A stretch of 64,000 nt of DNA from an uncultured Verrucomicrobiota bacterium (GTDB taxonomy: Bacteria > Verrucomicrobiota > Verrucomicrobiia > Methylacidiphilales > UBA1321): contig CAIPBM010000028.1 in NCBI GenBank assembly GCA_903863295.1, positions 45,050-109,049 of the forward strand. Reading direction: 5' to 3'. The position numbers were made by a program, and so were the translations under genes. Position 1 is the stretch's first letter, and each line of letters opens with the position of its first letter. Shown one piece after another: positions 54,707-63,795 of the stretch. A model generated the notes under the pieces. The model had not been told where the DNA came from, did no database searches, and saw nothing but the letters and a program-made list of their open reading frames with translations.

Positions 54707-55897
54707 ATGAGTTTCATTCCCCGCATCAACAAGGTCTACCAAGAGGTAACCTTCACCAATGAAGAGATTCGCCGTTATGGACGTCATCTCATCATGCCGG
54801 AGGTGACGCTGGAGGGACAACAGAAGCTCAAGGCCGCACGGGTCATCGTCATCGGGACGGGCGGACTCGGCGCGCCCATTCTGGCCTATCTGGCGGCGGC
54901 GGGCGTGGGGCACATCGGCGTGGTTGATTTCGACACGGTCGATCTCTCCAATCTCCACCGGCAGATCATCCACAAGACGGGCAACGTCGGTAAACTCAAG
55001 ACCCAATCGGCGGTCGAGCTGATGAAGGAAATCAATCCCGACATCGACATCAAGACCTACGACACCTCGCTCCGCGCCGACAACGCGCTCGACCTGCTCC
55101 GCGACTACGACATTGTCATCGACGGCACCGATAATTTCCCGACCCGTTACCTGGTCAACGATGCCTGCGCCTTGCTCGACAAGCCGAACGTCTACGGCTC
55201 GATCTTCCGCTTTGAAGGACAGGCGACCGTTTTCTGGGCCTCGCAAGGGCCCTGCTACCGCTGTCTCTATCCCGAACCGCCCGAGGCCGGCACCGTCCCC
55301 AGTTGCGCGGAGGGTGGCGTGCTCGGCGTGCTTCCCGGCGTGGTCGGCACGATCCAGGCGACCGAAGCGGTGAAGTTGATCATCGGCGCGGGCGATCCGC
55401 TCATCGGCCGGCTCCTCCTCTTCGATGCCCTGAAGATGAAGTTCAAGGAGCTCAAGCTCCGCAAAGACCCCAAGTGCCCGCTTTGCGGCCCCAACAAGAC
55501 GATCACCGAATTGATCGATTATGAGTTCTTCTGCGGCGTAACCCCTGAGCAAAAAAAGCCAGCCGTCCACGTCGAGGAAGTCGAAGTGGAGGACGTCGAC
55601 GCGGCGATCAAGTCGGGCAAAGTCCCGGCAGAGATCGACCTGCTCGACATCCGCGAGCCGTTCGAGGCCAAAATCGCCCAGATTCCCCACTCGAAGCTGA
55701 TTTCCCTGGCCGATTTCCGCAAACGGATGCACGAACTCGATAGCGCCCGGGAAATTTGGCTCTATTGTAAAGATGGCGCGCGCAGCTCCAAGGCGTGGAA
55801 ATTGCTCTATGATGCCGGATTCAGGAAAATCAAGAATGTCGCAGGTGGAATCGATGCATGGAGCGAGGATATTGATCCCAACACGCCGAGGTACTGA
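54707..55897 (+). CDS. Molybdopterin/thiamine-synthase sulfur-carrier adenylyltransferase (MoeB/ThiF/MoeZ type) with a C-terminal rhodanese domain
   Basis: ThiF/MoeB blocks YGRHLIMPEVTLEGQQKL ... VIVIGTGGLGAP ... DFDTVDLSNLHRQ. Zn-binding CYRC...C..C. C-terminal rhodanese active-site Cys in LYCKDGARSS. Confidence 0.85.
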   Translation: MSFIPRINKVYQEVTFTNEEIRRYGRHLIMPEVTLEGQQKLKAARVIVIGTGGLGAPILAYLAAAGVGHIGVVDFDTVDLSNLHRQIIHKTGNVGKLKTQSAVELMKEINPDIDIKTYDTSLRADNALDLLRDYDIVIDGTDNFPTRYLVNDACALLDKPNVYGSIFRFEGQATVFWASQGPCYRCLYPEPPEAGTVPSCAEGGVLGVLPGVVGTIQATEAVKLIIGAGDPLIGRLLLFDALKMKFKELKLRKDPKCPLCGPNKTITELIDYEFFCGVTPEQKKPAVHVEEVEVEDVDAAIKSGKVPAEIDLLDIREPFEAKIAQIPHSKLISLADFRKRMHELDSAREIWLYCKDGARSSKAWKLLYDAGFRKIKNVAGGIDAWSEDIDPNTPRY

Positions 55898-55976
55898 GCA
55901 GGAAAGGGAAAAGGAAGCAGCCACGTGCTCCCTACCTTTTCCCTTTCAACTTTCCACTTTTTCCTTCGCCCCCTCC

Positions 55977-56276
55977 ATGGCCAAACCCGGTACGGAAACC
56001 AGCCCCGACATCGATGTCGAGGACAAGCTCAAGGACGCCTTCGCCCGCGGCTGGACGGTCGTGGTCTGGAACGACCCGATCAACCTCATGGATTACGTCG
56101 TCTACGTCTTCAAGACCGTGTTGAAAATGAACGAAAAGGACGCCTCGCGCCACATGTGGGAGGTCCATCAACTGGGCAAAAGCCAGGTGGCACGGGAGAC
56201 GAAGGAAAAATCGGAATTGCTTGTTCACCGCTTGCGCGGGTTCGGATTAAACGCAACCATGGAGCAGGCCGATTAG
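55977..56276 (+). CDS. clpS: ATP-dependent Clp protease adaptor ClpS
   Basis: VVVWNDPINLMDYVVYVFKTVLKMNEKDASRHMWEVHQLGKSQVARETKE matches the ClpS core. The internal ATG at 55977 gives about 100 aa; the ORF-track start at 55773 adds a non-conserved extension. Confidence 0.85.
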   Translation: MAKPGTETSPDIDVEDKLKDAFARGWTVVVWNDPINLMDYVVYVFKTVLKMNEKDASRHMWEVHQLGKSQVARETKEKSELLVHRLRGFGLNATMEQAD

Positions 56277-56288
56277 CCTCGATTTCCC

Positions 56289-56810
56289 ATGACTTGCGAA
56301 CAAATCGATTCCCAACATTGGACCCTGAGTTTCCCAGAGGCCGAGGCCGTGTTCATCATCAACATCCTGGCGCGGCTCGCGCGGAATTATCAGGAAGACC
56401 TGAGCGAGATGCCGCCCGCCCTGCGCGCCTATTGGCAGGGAACGCTGACCGTTGGCGAAGCGGCAAACAAGGAAGAGATGCGGGAATCGCAGGAAGTCCT
56501 TTCCGAGGCACGCGCGGAGTTGCGTTCCGACCGGCTCGCGCTGGTCGAGAACTGGATCCGGGAATTTGAAATTGCCGAGAAACGGGATCCCTGGGAAGTC
56601 GACGTCAGCAATGAAGAGCGGGACGAGTTCATCTCCATGCTCAACGACCGCCGCCTGCTCCTCGCCTTTGAAGCCGGAATCACCGAACAGGACATGACCG
56701 TCGATCCCGGCGAAATCAGCCAGGAAGCGCGCCGCCATGCCGTGCTGGAAATAGATATCCTCGGGCACTTCATCCTGGTTATGCTGGGGCCGCAAATTCA
56801 CCGCCCATGA
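56289..56810 (+). CDS. Hypothetical acidic cytoplasmic protein (173 aa)
   Basis: The ORF lies 12 nt after clpS, and its stop overlaps the HAD hydrolase start (ATGA). Predicted helical and Glu-rich. No recognisable motif. Confidence 0.4.
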   Translation: MTCEQIDSQHWTLSFPEAEAVFIINILARLARNYQEDLSEMPPALRAYWQGTLTVGEAANKEEMRESQEVLSEARAELRSDRLALVENWIREFEIAEKRDPWEVDVSNEERDEFISMLNDRRLLLAFEAGITEQDMTVDPGEISQEARRHAVLEIDILGHFILVMLGPQIHRP

Positions 56811-57436
56811 TTACCTTTGACCCGACTGCCTACGACGGATTCATCTTCGATTGCGACGGCACGCTCGCCGACACCATGCCGCTCCATTACCAGGCCTGGA
56901 GGGAATCCCTGGAACGGAAGCTCGGGCATCCTTCCGCCTTCACGGAAGAATTGTTCTACCGCTGCGGCGGCATGCCCGCGCGGCAAATCATCGAGATGTT
57001 GAACCGCGACTATGGTTACAGCCTGCCCGTCCACGAATTTGCAGAGGAAAAGGAAGCCCGTTTTGTCGAGCTCCTGCCCGGCATCGGTCCGGTCCAGGAA
57101 GTGATCGATGTTTTGAACCGCCTCGGCCCGGACGCGAAGGTCGCCGTGGCCTCGGGCGGGTTGACCCCTGTGGTTCGTCAGACGCTGGAGTTCCTGGGAC
57201 TGAAAGTCGGCCCAACGGAGAAGATTCAATATCTCGTCGGCTCGGATCAGGTCACCCATGGCAAACCCGACCCGGAATTGTTTCTCCGCGCCGCAAAATT
57301 GCTGGGAGTGAAGCCGGAAAAATGTCTCGTTTTTGAAGACGCCACCCCCGGCTTTGAGGCCGCAAAAGCCGCCGGCATGGACTACATCGACGTGCGTCCC
57401 TTCCGGGCGACGATCCACGCCGCTGCGAAGTATTAG
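56807..57436 (+). CDS. HAD-superfamily hydrolase, subfamily IA (beta-phosphoglucomutase/phosphatase-like)
   Basis: Motif I FIFDCDGTLADT. Motif II (S/T) and motif III K ... motif IV FEDATPGFEAAKAAGM, typical of HAD-IA. Confidence 0.8.
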   Translation: MITFDPTAYDGFIFDCDGTLADTMPLHYQAWRESLERKLGHPSAFTEELFYRCGGMPARQIIEMLNRDYGYSLPVHEFAEEKEARFVELLPGIGPVQEVIDVLNRLGPDAKVAVASGGLTPVVRQTLEFLGLKVGPTEKIQYLVGSDQVTHGKPDPELFLRAAKLLGVKPEKCLVFEDATPGFEAAKAAGMDYIDVRPFRATIHAAAKY

Positions 57437-57467
57437 GCGCGGCTTTTAGCTTAGGCAAAGGGCCTCT

Positions 57468-57574
57468 GCACGTCCCCCTGTAGCGGCGGTCTATCACCGT
57501 CGTCGACGAGAGGAGCGACGTTGCGAAAAGGTGACAGTCATAGACCGCCGCTACAGGGAAGGCACATCCCCCTC
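57468..57574. repeat. MITE-like element: a perfect 19-bp inverted repeat (57476-57494 and 57540-57558) around a 45-nt core, flanked by direct repeats CACGTCCCCCT / CACATCCCCCT
   Basis: CCCTGTAGCGGCGGTCTAT and its exact reverse complement ATAGACCGCCGCTACAGGG. The flanking 11-nt direct repeats at 57468-57478 and 57563-57573 resemble a target-site duplication. Confidence 0.6.
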
Positions 57575-57598
57575 GTTCCCAAGTTGCACTTGGGAACG
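57574..57598. repeat. Palindrome family copy 2, CGTTCCCAAGTTGCACTTGGGAACG, between the convergent HAD and glgP genes
   Basis: Self-complementary, with the same CCTCG left flank and CCCTGTCTG right flank as the other copies. Confidence 0.75.
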
Positions 57599-57649
57599 TC
57601 CCTGTCTGCGCAACTTCGTTGCCCCCGGTAGCGGCAAGTCCGCCCAAAA

Positions 57650-60115
57650 TCAGACCGGAACCGCAGGCAAATTCCAGATTTCCTTGGCGTACTCGTGGAT
57701 CGTGCGGTCGCTGGAGAACTTATCCATGCGCGCCGTGTTGAGGATCGCCATGCGCGCCCACTTCGTTTTATCCCGGTAAGCCGCATCAATCTTTTCCTGC
57801 GCGTCGCTGTAAGAACGGAAATCGGCCAGGCAGAGGTAAGGGTCGCCGCCTTCCAGCAGGCTGTGGCGGAGCGATCCCAGCACTCCCGGTTCATCCGGTG
57901 TGAAGTAGTTGGAGCCCACCCAATCGACCACCGCGCGCAATTCTTCATCGGCGAGGTAGTAGTCGTGCGGATGATAGCCGCGCGCCCAGAGCGCCTCGAC
58001 CTGATCCACGGTCAGCCCGAAGATAAAGATATTATCCGGTCCCACTTCCTCAAGGATTTCCACATTGGCTCCGTCCAGCGTCCCGACGGTCAAGGCACCG
58101 TTGAGTGCCAGCTTCATGTTGCCGGTGCCGGACGCTTCCTTGCCCGCCGTGGAGATTTGTTCCGAGATATCTGCCGCCGGAATGATCCGTGAGGCGAGCG
58201 AGACGCGGTAATTCGGCAGGAAGACCACCTTGAGCTTGTCGCCCACCCGAGGATCATTGTTGATCTTGTTCCCCACCGCGTTGATCGCCTTGATGATGCA
58301 CTTGGCCAGGTCGTAACCGGGCGCGGCCTTCGCGGCAAAGACGAAGACGCGCGGCTGCACGTCGAGGGTCGGATTCTGCAGGATGCGGCGATAGAGCGCG
58401 AGGATATGGAGCAGGTTGAGATGCTGCCGCTTGTACTCGTGGAGACGCTTGATCTGCACGTCGAAAAGCGCGGAAGGATTGACCGTGACGCCACATTCTT
58501 TCTGGATGATCTTCGCCAGGTCAACCTTGTTGGCGTGTTTGACCGCCATGAAATCTTTCTGGAACTCGGGATCGTCGGCCCACTGTTCCAGCTTGCGCAG
58601 TTCTTCCTGGTGCTTGACCCAGCCATCGCCGATTTTTGAGGTGATCAAATCGGCCAGGCGCGGGTTGGAAGCCTGCAACCAGCGGCGGGGCGTGATGCCA
58701 TTGGTCTTGTTGTTGAACTTGCCGGGATAGAAGGCATTGAAGTCAGCAAAGAGATGTTTCTTCAGCAATTCGGTATGCAGCGCGGCCACCCCGTTGACCG
58801 AGTGGCTGCCCACCACCGCGAGGTTCGCCATGCGCACCATCTGCACGCCGCCTTCCTCAATCAGCGACATGACCTGCTTCTTGTGGGCATCGCCGGGATA
58901 GGCGGCTTCCACCGTATCGAGCAGGCGCTTGTTGATCTCGAAGATCAACTGGAGATGGCGCGGCAACACTTTCTGGAAGAGCGGCACGCTCCATTTTTCG
59001 AGCGCTTCCGGCAACAAGGTGTGATTGGTGTAGGCGAAGGTCTTCGTGACAATGCCCCACGCTTCATCCCAAGGCAGGCCGTTCTCATCATGGAGAATGC
59101 GGAGTAACTCGACGACAGCGACTGTCGGGTGGGTATCGTTGAGCTGGATGGCGACCTTGCTCGGGAAATCGGTCCAGCTTGGATTGCTGCGCTGGAAGCG
59201 GCGGATGATGTCGCGCAGGGAGCAGGAGACAAAGAAGTACTGCTGGATCAGGCGGAGTTCCTTCCCGGCTTCGGTCTTGTCATTGGGATAAAGAACCTTC
59301 GAGACCGTTTCGCTCTGCGTCTTGGCAGCGAGGGCTTCGCTGTAACCGCCGCGATTGAACGCCTCAAGATTGATCTTCTCCGAGGGGCGCGATTCCCAGA
59401 GACGCAGGAAGTTCACCGTGTTGGTGCCATAGCCGGGAATCGGGATGTCATAGGGAACGCCGAGAATCTTGGTCGTATTGACCCAGTGAGGGACGTAGTT
59501 GCCCTTGTCATCGAAGATGTTCTCCACATGACCGTAGAGCCGGACTTCCTGGGTATATTCAGGACGGACGATTTCCCAGGGCGTGCCGAAGCGCATCCAG
59601 TCATCCGGCATTTCGATCTGGTGGCCGTTGCTGAATTCCTGGCGGAAGAGGCCGAACTCATAGTGGATGCCATAACCGACGGCCGGGTAATCGAGCGTGG
59701 CAAGGGAATCGAGGAAACAGGCGGCCAGGCGACCAAGACCGCCGTTGCCCAGGCCCATGTCGTATTCCTCCCCGCGGAGTTCGTCCATGTCGAGGCCCAG
59801 TTCCTTGAGCGCCTGCTCGGTCTCGCCGTGGATACCGGCGTTATAAAGGCTGTTGGAGAAAAGGCGTCCCATGAGGAACTCAAGCGAGAGATAGTAGACC
59901 CGGCGGACATCCTGCTGATTGTGGACTGCCTGCGTGGCGATCATCCGTTCAATGATCCGTTCCTGCACCGCCTTGGACGTGGCCAGCCACCAATCCCGCT
60001 TCGTCGCCGACTGGACATCGTGCGCCAGGCTGAACTTCAATTGGTGAAGAATCGCGTCCTTCATCGACTGGGCGGACTTTTCAAAAAAGCTGTGGAACTT
60101 CGGGTTGGTGGTCAT
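57650..60115 (-). CDS. glgP: Glycogen/alpha-glucan phosphorylase
   Basis: Pyridoxal-phosphate site [28 protein letters not shown]. Phosphorylase N-terminal region [16 protein letters not shown]. Start taken at the Met at 60115 (MTTNPKF..); the ORF track extends to 60169. Confidence 0.9.
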   Translation of the reverse strand: MTTNPKFHSFFEKSAQSMKDAILHQLKFSLAHDVQSATKRDWWLATSKAVQERIIERMIATQAVHNQQDVRRVYYLSLEFLMGRLFSNSLYNAGIHGETEQALKELGLDMDELRGEEYDMGLGNGGLGRLAACFLDSLATLDYPAVGYGIHYEFGLFRQEFSNGHQIEMPDDWMRFGTPWEIVRPEYTQEVRLYGHVENIFDDKGNYVPHWVNTTKILGVPYDIPIPGYGTNTVNFLRLWESRPSEKINLEAFNRGGYSEALAAKTQSETVSKVLYPNDKTEAGKELRLIQQYFFVSCSLRDIIRRFQRSNPSWTDFPSKVAIQLNDTHPTVAVVELLRILHDENGLPWDEAWGIVTKTFAYTNHTLLPEALEKWSVPLFQKVLPRHLQLIFEINKRLLDTVEAAYPGDAHKKQVMSLIEEGGVQMVRMANLAVVGSHSVNGVAALHTELLKKHLFADFNAFYPGKFNNKTNGITPRRWLQASNPRLADLITSKIGDGWVKHQEELRKLEQWADDPEFQKDFMAVKHANKVDLAKIIQKECGVTVNPSALFDVQIKRLHEYKRQHLNLLHILALYRRILQNPTLDVQPRVFVFAAKAAPGYDLAKCIIKAINAVGNKINNDPRVGDKLKVVFLPNYRVSLASRIIPAADISEQISTAGKEASGTGNMKLALNGALTVGTLDGANVEILEEVGPDNIFIFGLTVDQVEALWARGYHPHDYYLADEELRAVVDWVGSNYFTPDEPGVLGSLRHSLLEGGDPYLCLADFRSYSDAQEKIDAAYRDKTKWARMAILNTARMDKFSSDRTIHEYAKEIWNLPAVPV

Positions 60116-60317
60116 GGAGCGTGGATGGATGGATGAGTTGGAGTGTAAAAGTAGACAATGGGCCGACAAAAGTTACCGCGTCCAGCTTTAGTTAGGCCAG
60201 ACACGGAAACGGAACATTTAAGCAGGAAGTCTGCCAGCGGTGGTGATTCCCTCAATTCCGTTTGAGCGTGAGGCTGAGTTGACTATTCAGTGAGTCCACC
60301 TAAGCTGCTTAAATTCC

Positions 60318-61862
60318 ATGTCCAAAAGCTCCTTCCTCCGTTCCGCGGCTACCTTGGGTGCCGGCATTGCTTTCCTGACCGCTTGCTCCGTTGGCCCTGA
60401 TTACGTTCAGCCCACCGCCCCCCAGTCCCTGAGTTATAAGGAGGCGGGCAAGTGGAAGAAGGGTGAACCCAAGGATGATATCTCCAAGGGCAACTGGTAC
60501 TCCGTTTTCCATGATGAAAAGTTGAATGAGCTTGAGGCTGAAGCCCAGATGGCCAACCAGAATCTCCGCGCCGCCGCAGCCCGCGTCAGCGAATCGCGCG
60601 CCTTGGCCCGCGAGACGGAAGCGAATTTTTTCCCGACGATTGACTTCAGCGCAGCAGGGAGCCGCCAGCGCACCTCGCCCAATGATGGCCAGGCGGTGGC
60701 CCAGTCGCCCACGGGAGTAGCCCCGGCAACCACGTTCACCTCGGCAACCGTGGTCCCTTTCGATCTCAGCTATGAAGTCGATATCTGGGGCAAGATCCGC
60801 CGCGCTTATGAATCCGCAGGAGACCAGGCCCAGGCCACCCTTGCCGACTTCGAAAACGCCCTCCTTTCGCTCAAGGCGGATGTCGCCACCAATTACTTCG
60901 CGCTTGAAACCGCCGATTCGCTCATTGATGTGCAGCGCCGCACCATCCAGGCCTACAAGGAAAATCTCGACCTGACCAACAGCCGCTTCAAGGGCGGCAT
61001 CAGCACCCTGCTTGACGTCGAACAGGCGGAGGCGACTCTTGCCGCAGCGCAGGCGCAGTTGGGGCAATTCCAGCAGACCCGCGCCCAATATGAACACGCC
61101 ATTGCGGTGCTCCTCGGCCGTCCACCCTCCACCTTCTCGCTCTCGTTCCGTCCGCTGCACAGCCAGCCTCCCGTGATTCCGCCCGGCCTTCCTTCCTCGC
61201 TGCTGGAACGCCGTCCGGACGTCTCGGCTGCGGAGCGCCGCGTCGCCGCGCAAAACGCGCAGATCGGTGTCGCCATTGCCGCCTATTTCCCCACCGTGCA
61301 ATTGACCGGCCAGACCGGCTTGGACAGCGGTGACCTCGGCCTGCTCTTCAATTGGCAGAGTCGCATCTGGTCTTATGGGCCGAGCATCCAATTCCCGATT
61401 TTTGAAGGTGGGCAAATCAGCGCCACCGTCAAGCAGGAGCGGGCCAAGTATGAGGAAAACGTCGCGCTCTACCGCGAACAGGTTCTCGTCGCCTTCCAGG
61501 ATGTGGAAAACGGGCTGAGCTCCTTGCGCTATCTCTCCCAGCAACAGGAAGCCGAAGACCGCGCCTTCACGGCCTATAACAAAGCGCTGGAGTTGACCAA
61601 CCAGCGCTACACGACGGGTCTCGTCTCCTACTTTGACGTAATCCAGGCGGAAGGCCTGGCCTTGGGTGCCGAGCAGCAAACCGTTCAAATCCAGGGCAAC
61701 CGCATGGCCTCGACCGTCCTCCTGATCAAGGCCCTCGGCGGCGGCTGGGCCGATTCTCCTTTGGCCAAGCCTGATCATGGTGACCACGTTTCGCAACCTC
61801 TGGCCGCCCCCACCGTCCTCGGCCCAGTCAAAGGACAAGCCGTTCCTGCCGCCGGACAGTAG
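60318..61862 (+). CDS. Efflux-system outer-membrane factor lipoprotein (TolC-like, NodT family)
   Basis: Lipoprotein signal with lipobox LTAC. The two-repeat outer-membrane-factor architecture carries the conserved blocks FFPTIDFS ... LLDVEQAE and YFPTVQLTG ... YFDVIQAE. Confidence 0.85.
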   Translation: MSKSSFLRSAATLGAGIAFLTACSVGPDYVQPTAPQSLSYKEAGKWKKGEPKDDISKGNWYSVFHDEKLNELEAEAQMANQNLRAAAARVSESRALARETEANFFPTIDFSAAGSRQRTSPNDGQAVAQSPTGVAPATTFTSATVVPFDLSYEVDIWGKIRRAYESAGDQAQATLADFENALLSLKADVATNYFALETADSLIDVQRRTIQAYKENLDLTNSRFKGGISTLLDVEQAEATLAAAQAQLGQFQQTRAQYEHAIAVLLGRPPSTFSLSFRPLHSQPPVIPPGLPSSLLERRPDVSAAERRVAAQNAQIGVAIAAYFPTVQLTGQTGLDSGDLGLLFNWQSRIWSYGPSIQFPIFEGGQISATVKQERAKYEENVALYREQVLVAFQDVENGLSSLRYLSQQQEAEDRAFTAYNKALELTNQRYTTGLVSYFDVIQAEGLALGAEQQTVQIQGNRMASTVLLIKALGGGWADSPLAKPDHGDHVSQPLAAPTVLGPVKGQAVPAAGQ

Positions 61863-61871
61863 GACGGTTCC

Positions 61872-61900
61872 GACGTTCCCAAGTCGCGCTTGGGAACGTC
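61872..61900. repeat. Palindrome family copy 3, GACGTTCCCAAGTCGCGCTTGGGAACGTC, 10 nt after the NodT-family gene stop
   Basis: Perfect 29-bp palindrome. The core TTCCCAAGT..ACTTGGGAA and the right flank TCTCTGTTGG are shared with copies 1 and 2. Confidence 0.75.
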
Positions 61901-62191
61901 TCTGTTGGGCCCATTCGATGCCAGCCTCTGCCATCCCAAACATTCCCATCGGTGACTAAGCTGGTTGCCTGGTCATCAGAGAGCTAGTTGCACAAAGTCC
62001 CGCGAACTCGCTTTCTTCCTCCTCTCGGAAGGAACTGGCCATCGAATTGCTTGATCTGAAAGCCAATGCGCATCACAAGTTGTAGTTTACAGGTCTTTCC
62101 ATTCGAGGCATTTTTAGCTGGTACAGGTCGAAGCGGTCGCTTAAGTGAAAAGTATTCACCCCCCAACTCTTTTATTTGATTCCAACACGCC

Positions 62192-63778
62192 ATGAGTCGA
62201 GCAGGAAAATTTATTCCAGGAGGTGGGGCCGGGAATCGACCATCCGGTGAGGGGGGGACAGGAGTACGTACCGGCCCCATTCGCGCCCCGGTTCCCGGCA
62301 CGCCGGCTCCGGATCCTGCCAGTCCCAAAAAAACGACGGGCAAGGGATCGAGCCTGATCAAGCCGGTCGCCAAGAGCCAGCGCATCCCCATCATGGTCAT
62401 GAGTGCCGTGGTGTGTTGCCTGCTCGTCTCGTTTGCGTGGTATGAATTTGCCGTCGTCCCAGCCCAGAGGGAGGTCGCCGCCGCCCAGCAGAATGCCGCG
62501 GCGATTCAAAAGCAACTAGCCGACGCCCAGGCCGAATTTGCCAAGCAACAGGCCGCCATGAAACAGCAGGCCGCGGCGGTCCGCGCCACCTTGACCGTGG
62601 ACAGCAAGCCCTCCGGCGCAACCGTCACCATCGGCGATTCCCGCAAGCAGACTCCCGCCACGTTTGATGATCTCATCCCCGGTTCCGTTAGCGTCCTCAT
62701 CCACGCCGACGGCTATGAGGACTATAAGCAAAACGTGACCGTCACGGCCGACAAGCCCACCGATCTCGGCACCGTTGAACTGATCCTCAAGGCCGGCAGC
62801 CTCTCCCTGACCAGCCCCCAGTCCGATGTCCAATACACCCTCACGGGCCCCAACGACTACTCCCATCAGGGACAGTTCCCCGACAAGCTCGACCAGTTGC
62901 CCGTCGGCGACTATCAACTCACCGTCTGGCAGCACGACTGGAAATTATCTCCCGTCACCATCGCCATCCACGATCAGGAGAGCGTTCAGAAAGAGATCAA
63001 ATTTCCCTACGGCACGGTGACCATCAACAGCACTCCCCCCGGCGCCACGATCCGGCAGGGACGGGAAATCCTCGGGCAGACACCCTTTACCCTGAACCAG
63101 GTGAAGCCCGGTACCCTGAATCTTTCCATCGATCTCGTTCCCTACGAGGTGCAAAAATTCTCCATTGATGTCCCGGATTTCGGCAACATCACCCGCACCA
63201 TCACACTCCGGCAGGACAAGAATTTCGTCGCCGCCTGCGGCATGCCGATGATGTGGATTCCAGACGGCGGATTCTGGGCCGGAAAATATCTCGTCACGCA
63301 GAGCCAGTTTGAAACCGTGGCTGGATCTAACCCCAGCTACTTCCGGCGCCCGAACCGTCCCGTTGAGCAAATCTCCTGGGAAGCCGCCACGGCCTTCTGC
63401 GACAAGCTCAACCAGTACGAGCGCAAGGCCGGAAAACTTCCCGCCGGTTACGTCTACGCCTTGCCGTCGGAATCCCAGTGGGCGCTTTTGTCCGGTGATG
63501 CCAATATCGACCTCGCCCCCATGTCCCGCAATTCGACTCTTTCCTCCACCCAGGACGTCGGCTATTCCGAGCCGAACAAGTACGGCCTCTACGACACGCT
63601 CGGTAACGTCTGGGAGTGGTGCACGGACCTCTACGACGACAAGGGCAGCCACAGTCTCCGCGGAGGAAGCTGGCTCAGTTCCCAGGATCATTTCCCCAGC
63701 GCCGATACCCGCTCCGCCGCCGCGCCGAAATACGCCGATCGCTTCACCGGCTTCCGCGTCGTCCTCGTCCCGCAGTAA
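62192..63778 (+). CDS. Membrane-anchored protein with tandem PEGA domains and a C-terminal FGE-sulfatase (SUMF1-like) domain
   Basis: TM helix IMVMSAVVCCLLVSFAWY. Three PEGA-like beta-sandwich repeats (P..A.V.IGDS ..TP ... GYEDY ..V.V). C-terminal DUF323/FGE-sulfatase blocks MMWIPDGGFWAGKY .. SNPSYF ... VEQISWEAATAFC ... YGLYDTLGNVWEW ... LRGGSW. Confidence 0.75.
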   Translation: MSRAGKFIPGGGAGNRPSGEGGTGVRTGPIRAPVPGTPAPDPASPKKTTGKGSSLIKPVAKSQRIPIMVMSAVVCCLLVSFAWYEFAVVPAQREVAAAQQNAAAIQKQLADAQAEFAKQQAAMKQQAAAVRATLTVDSKPSGATVTIGDSRKQTPATFDDLIPGSVSVLIHADGYEDYKQNVTVTADKPTDLGTVELILKAGSLSLTSPQSDVQYTLTGPNDYSHQGQFPDKLDQLPVGDYQLTVWQHDWKLSPVTIAIHDQESVQKEIKFPYGTVTINSTPPGATIRQGREILGQTPFTLNQVKPGTLNLSIDLVPYEVQKFSIDVPDFGNITRTITLRQDKNFVAACGMPMMWIPDGGFWAGKYLVTQSQFETVAGSNPSYFRRPNRPVEQISWEAATAFCDKLNQYERKAGKLPAGYVYALPSESQWALLSGDANIDLAPMSRNSTLSSTQDVGYSEPNKYGLYDTLGNVWEWCTDLYDDKGSHSLRGGSWLSSQDHFPSADTRSAAAPKYADRFTGFRVVLVPQ

Positions 63779-63795
63779 AATCCTCTAAAGACGTC

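Noticed and set aside
54492-54710. 72-aa ORF in the rnd-moeB intergenic region
   Set aside because: It lies across the inverted repeat modules, and a second frame translates comparably; the most likely explanation is a non-coding repeat region.
54650-55924. 424-aa minus-strand ORF
   Set aside because: It is antisense to the ThiF/MoeB-rhodanese gene.
60309-61949. 546-aa minus-strand ORF
   Set aside because: It is antisense to the NodT-family outer-membrane factor, which has a lipobox and conserved OMF repeats.
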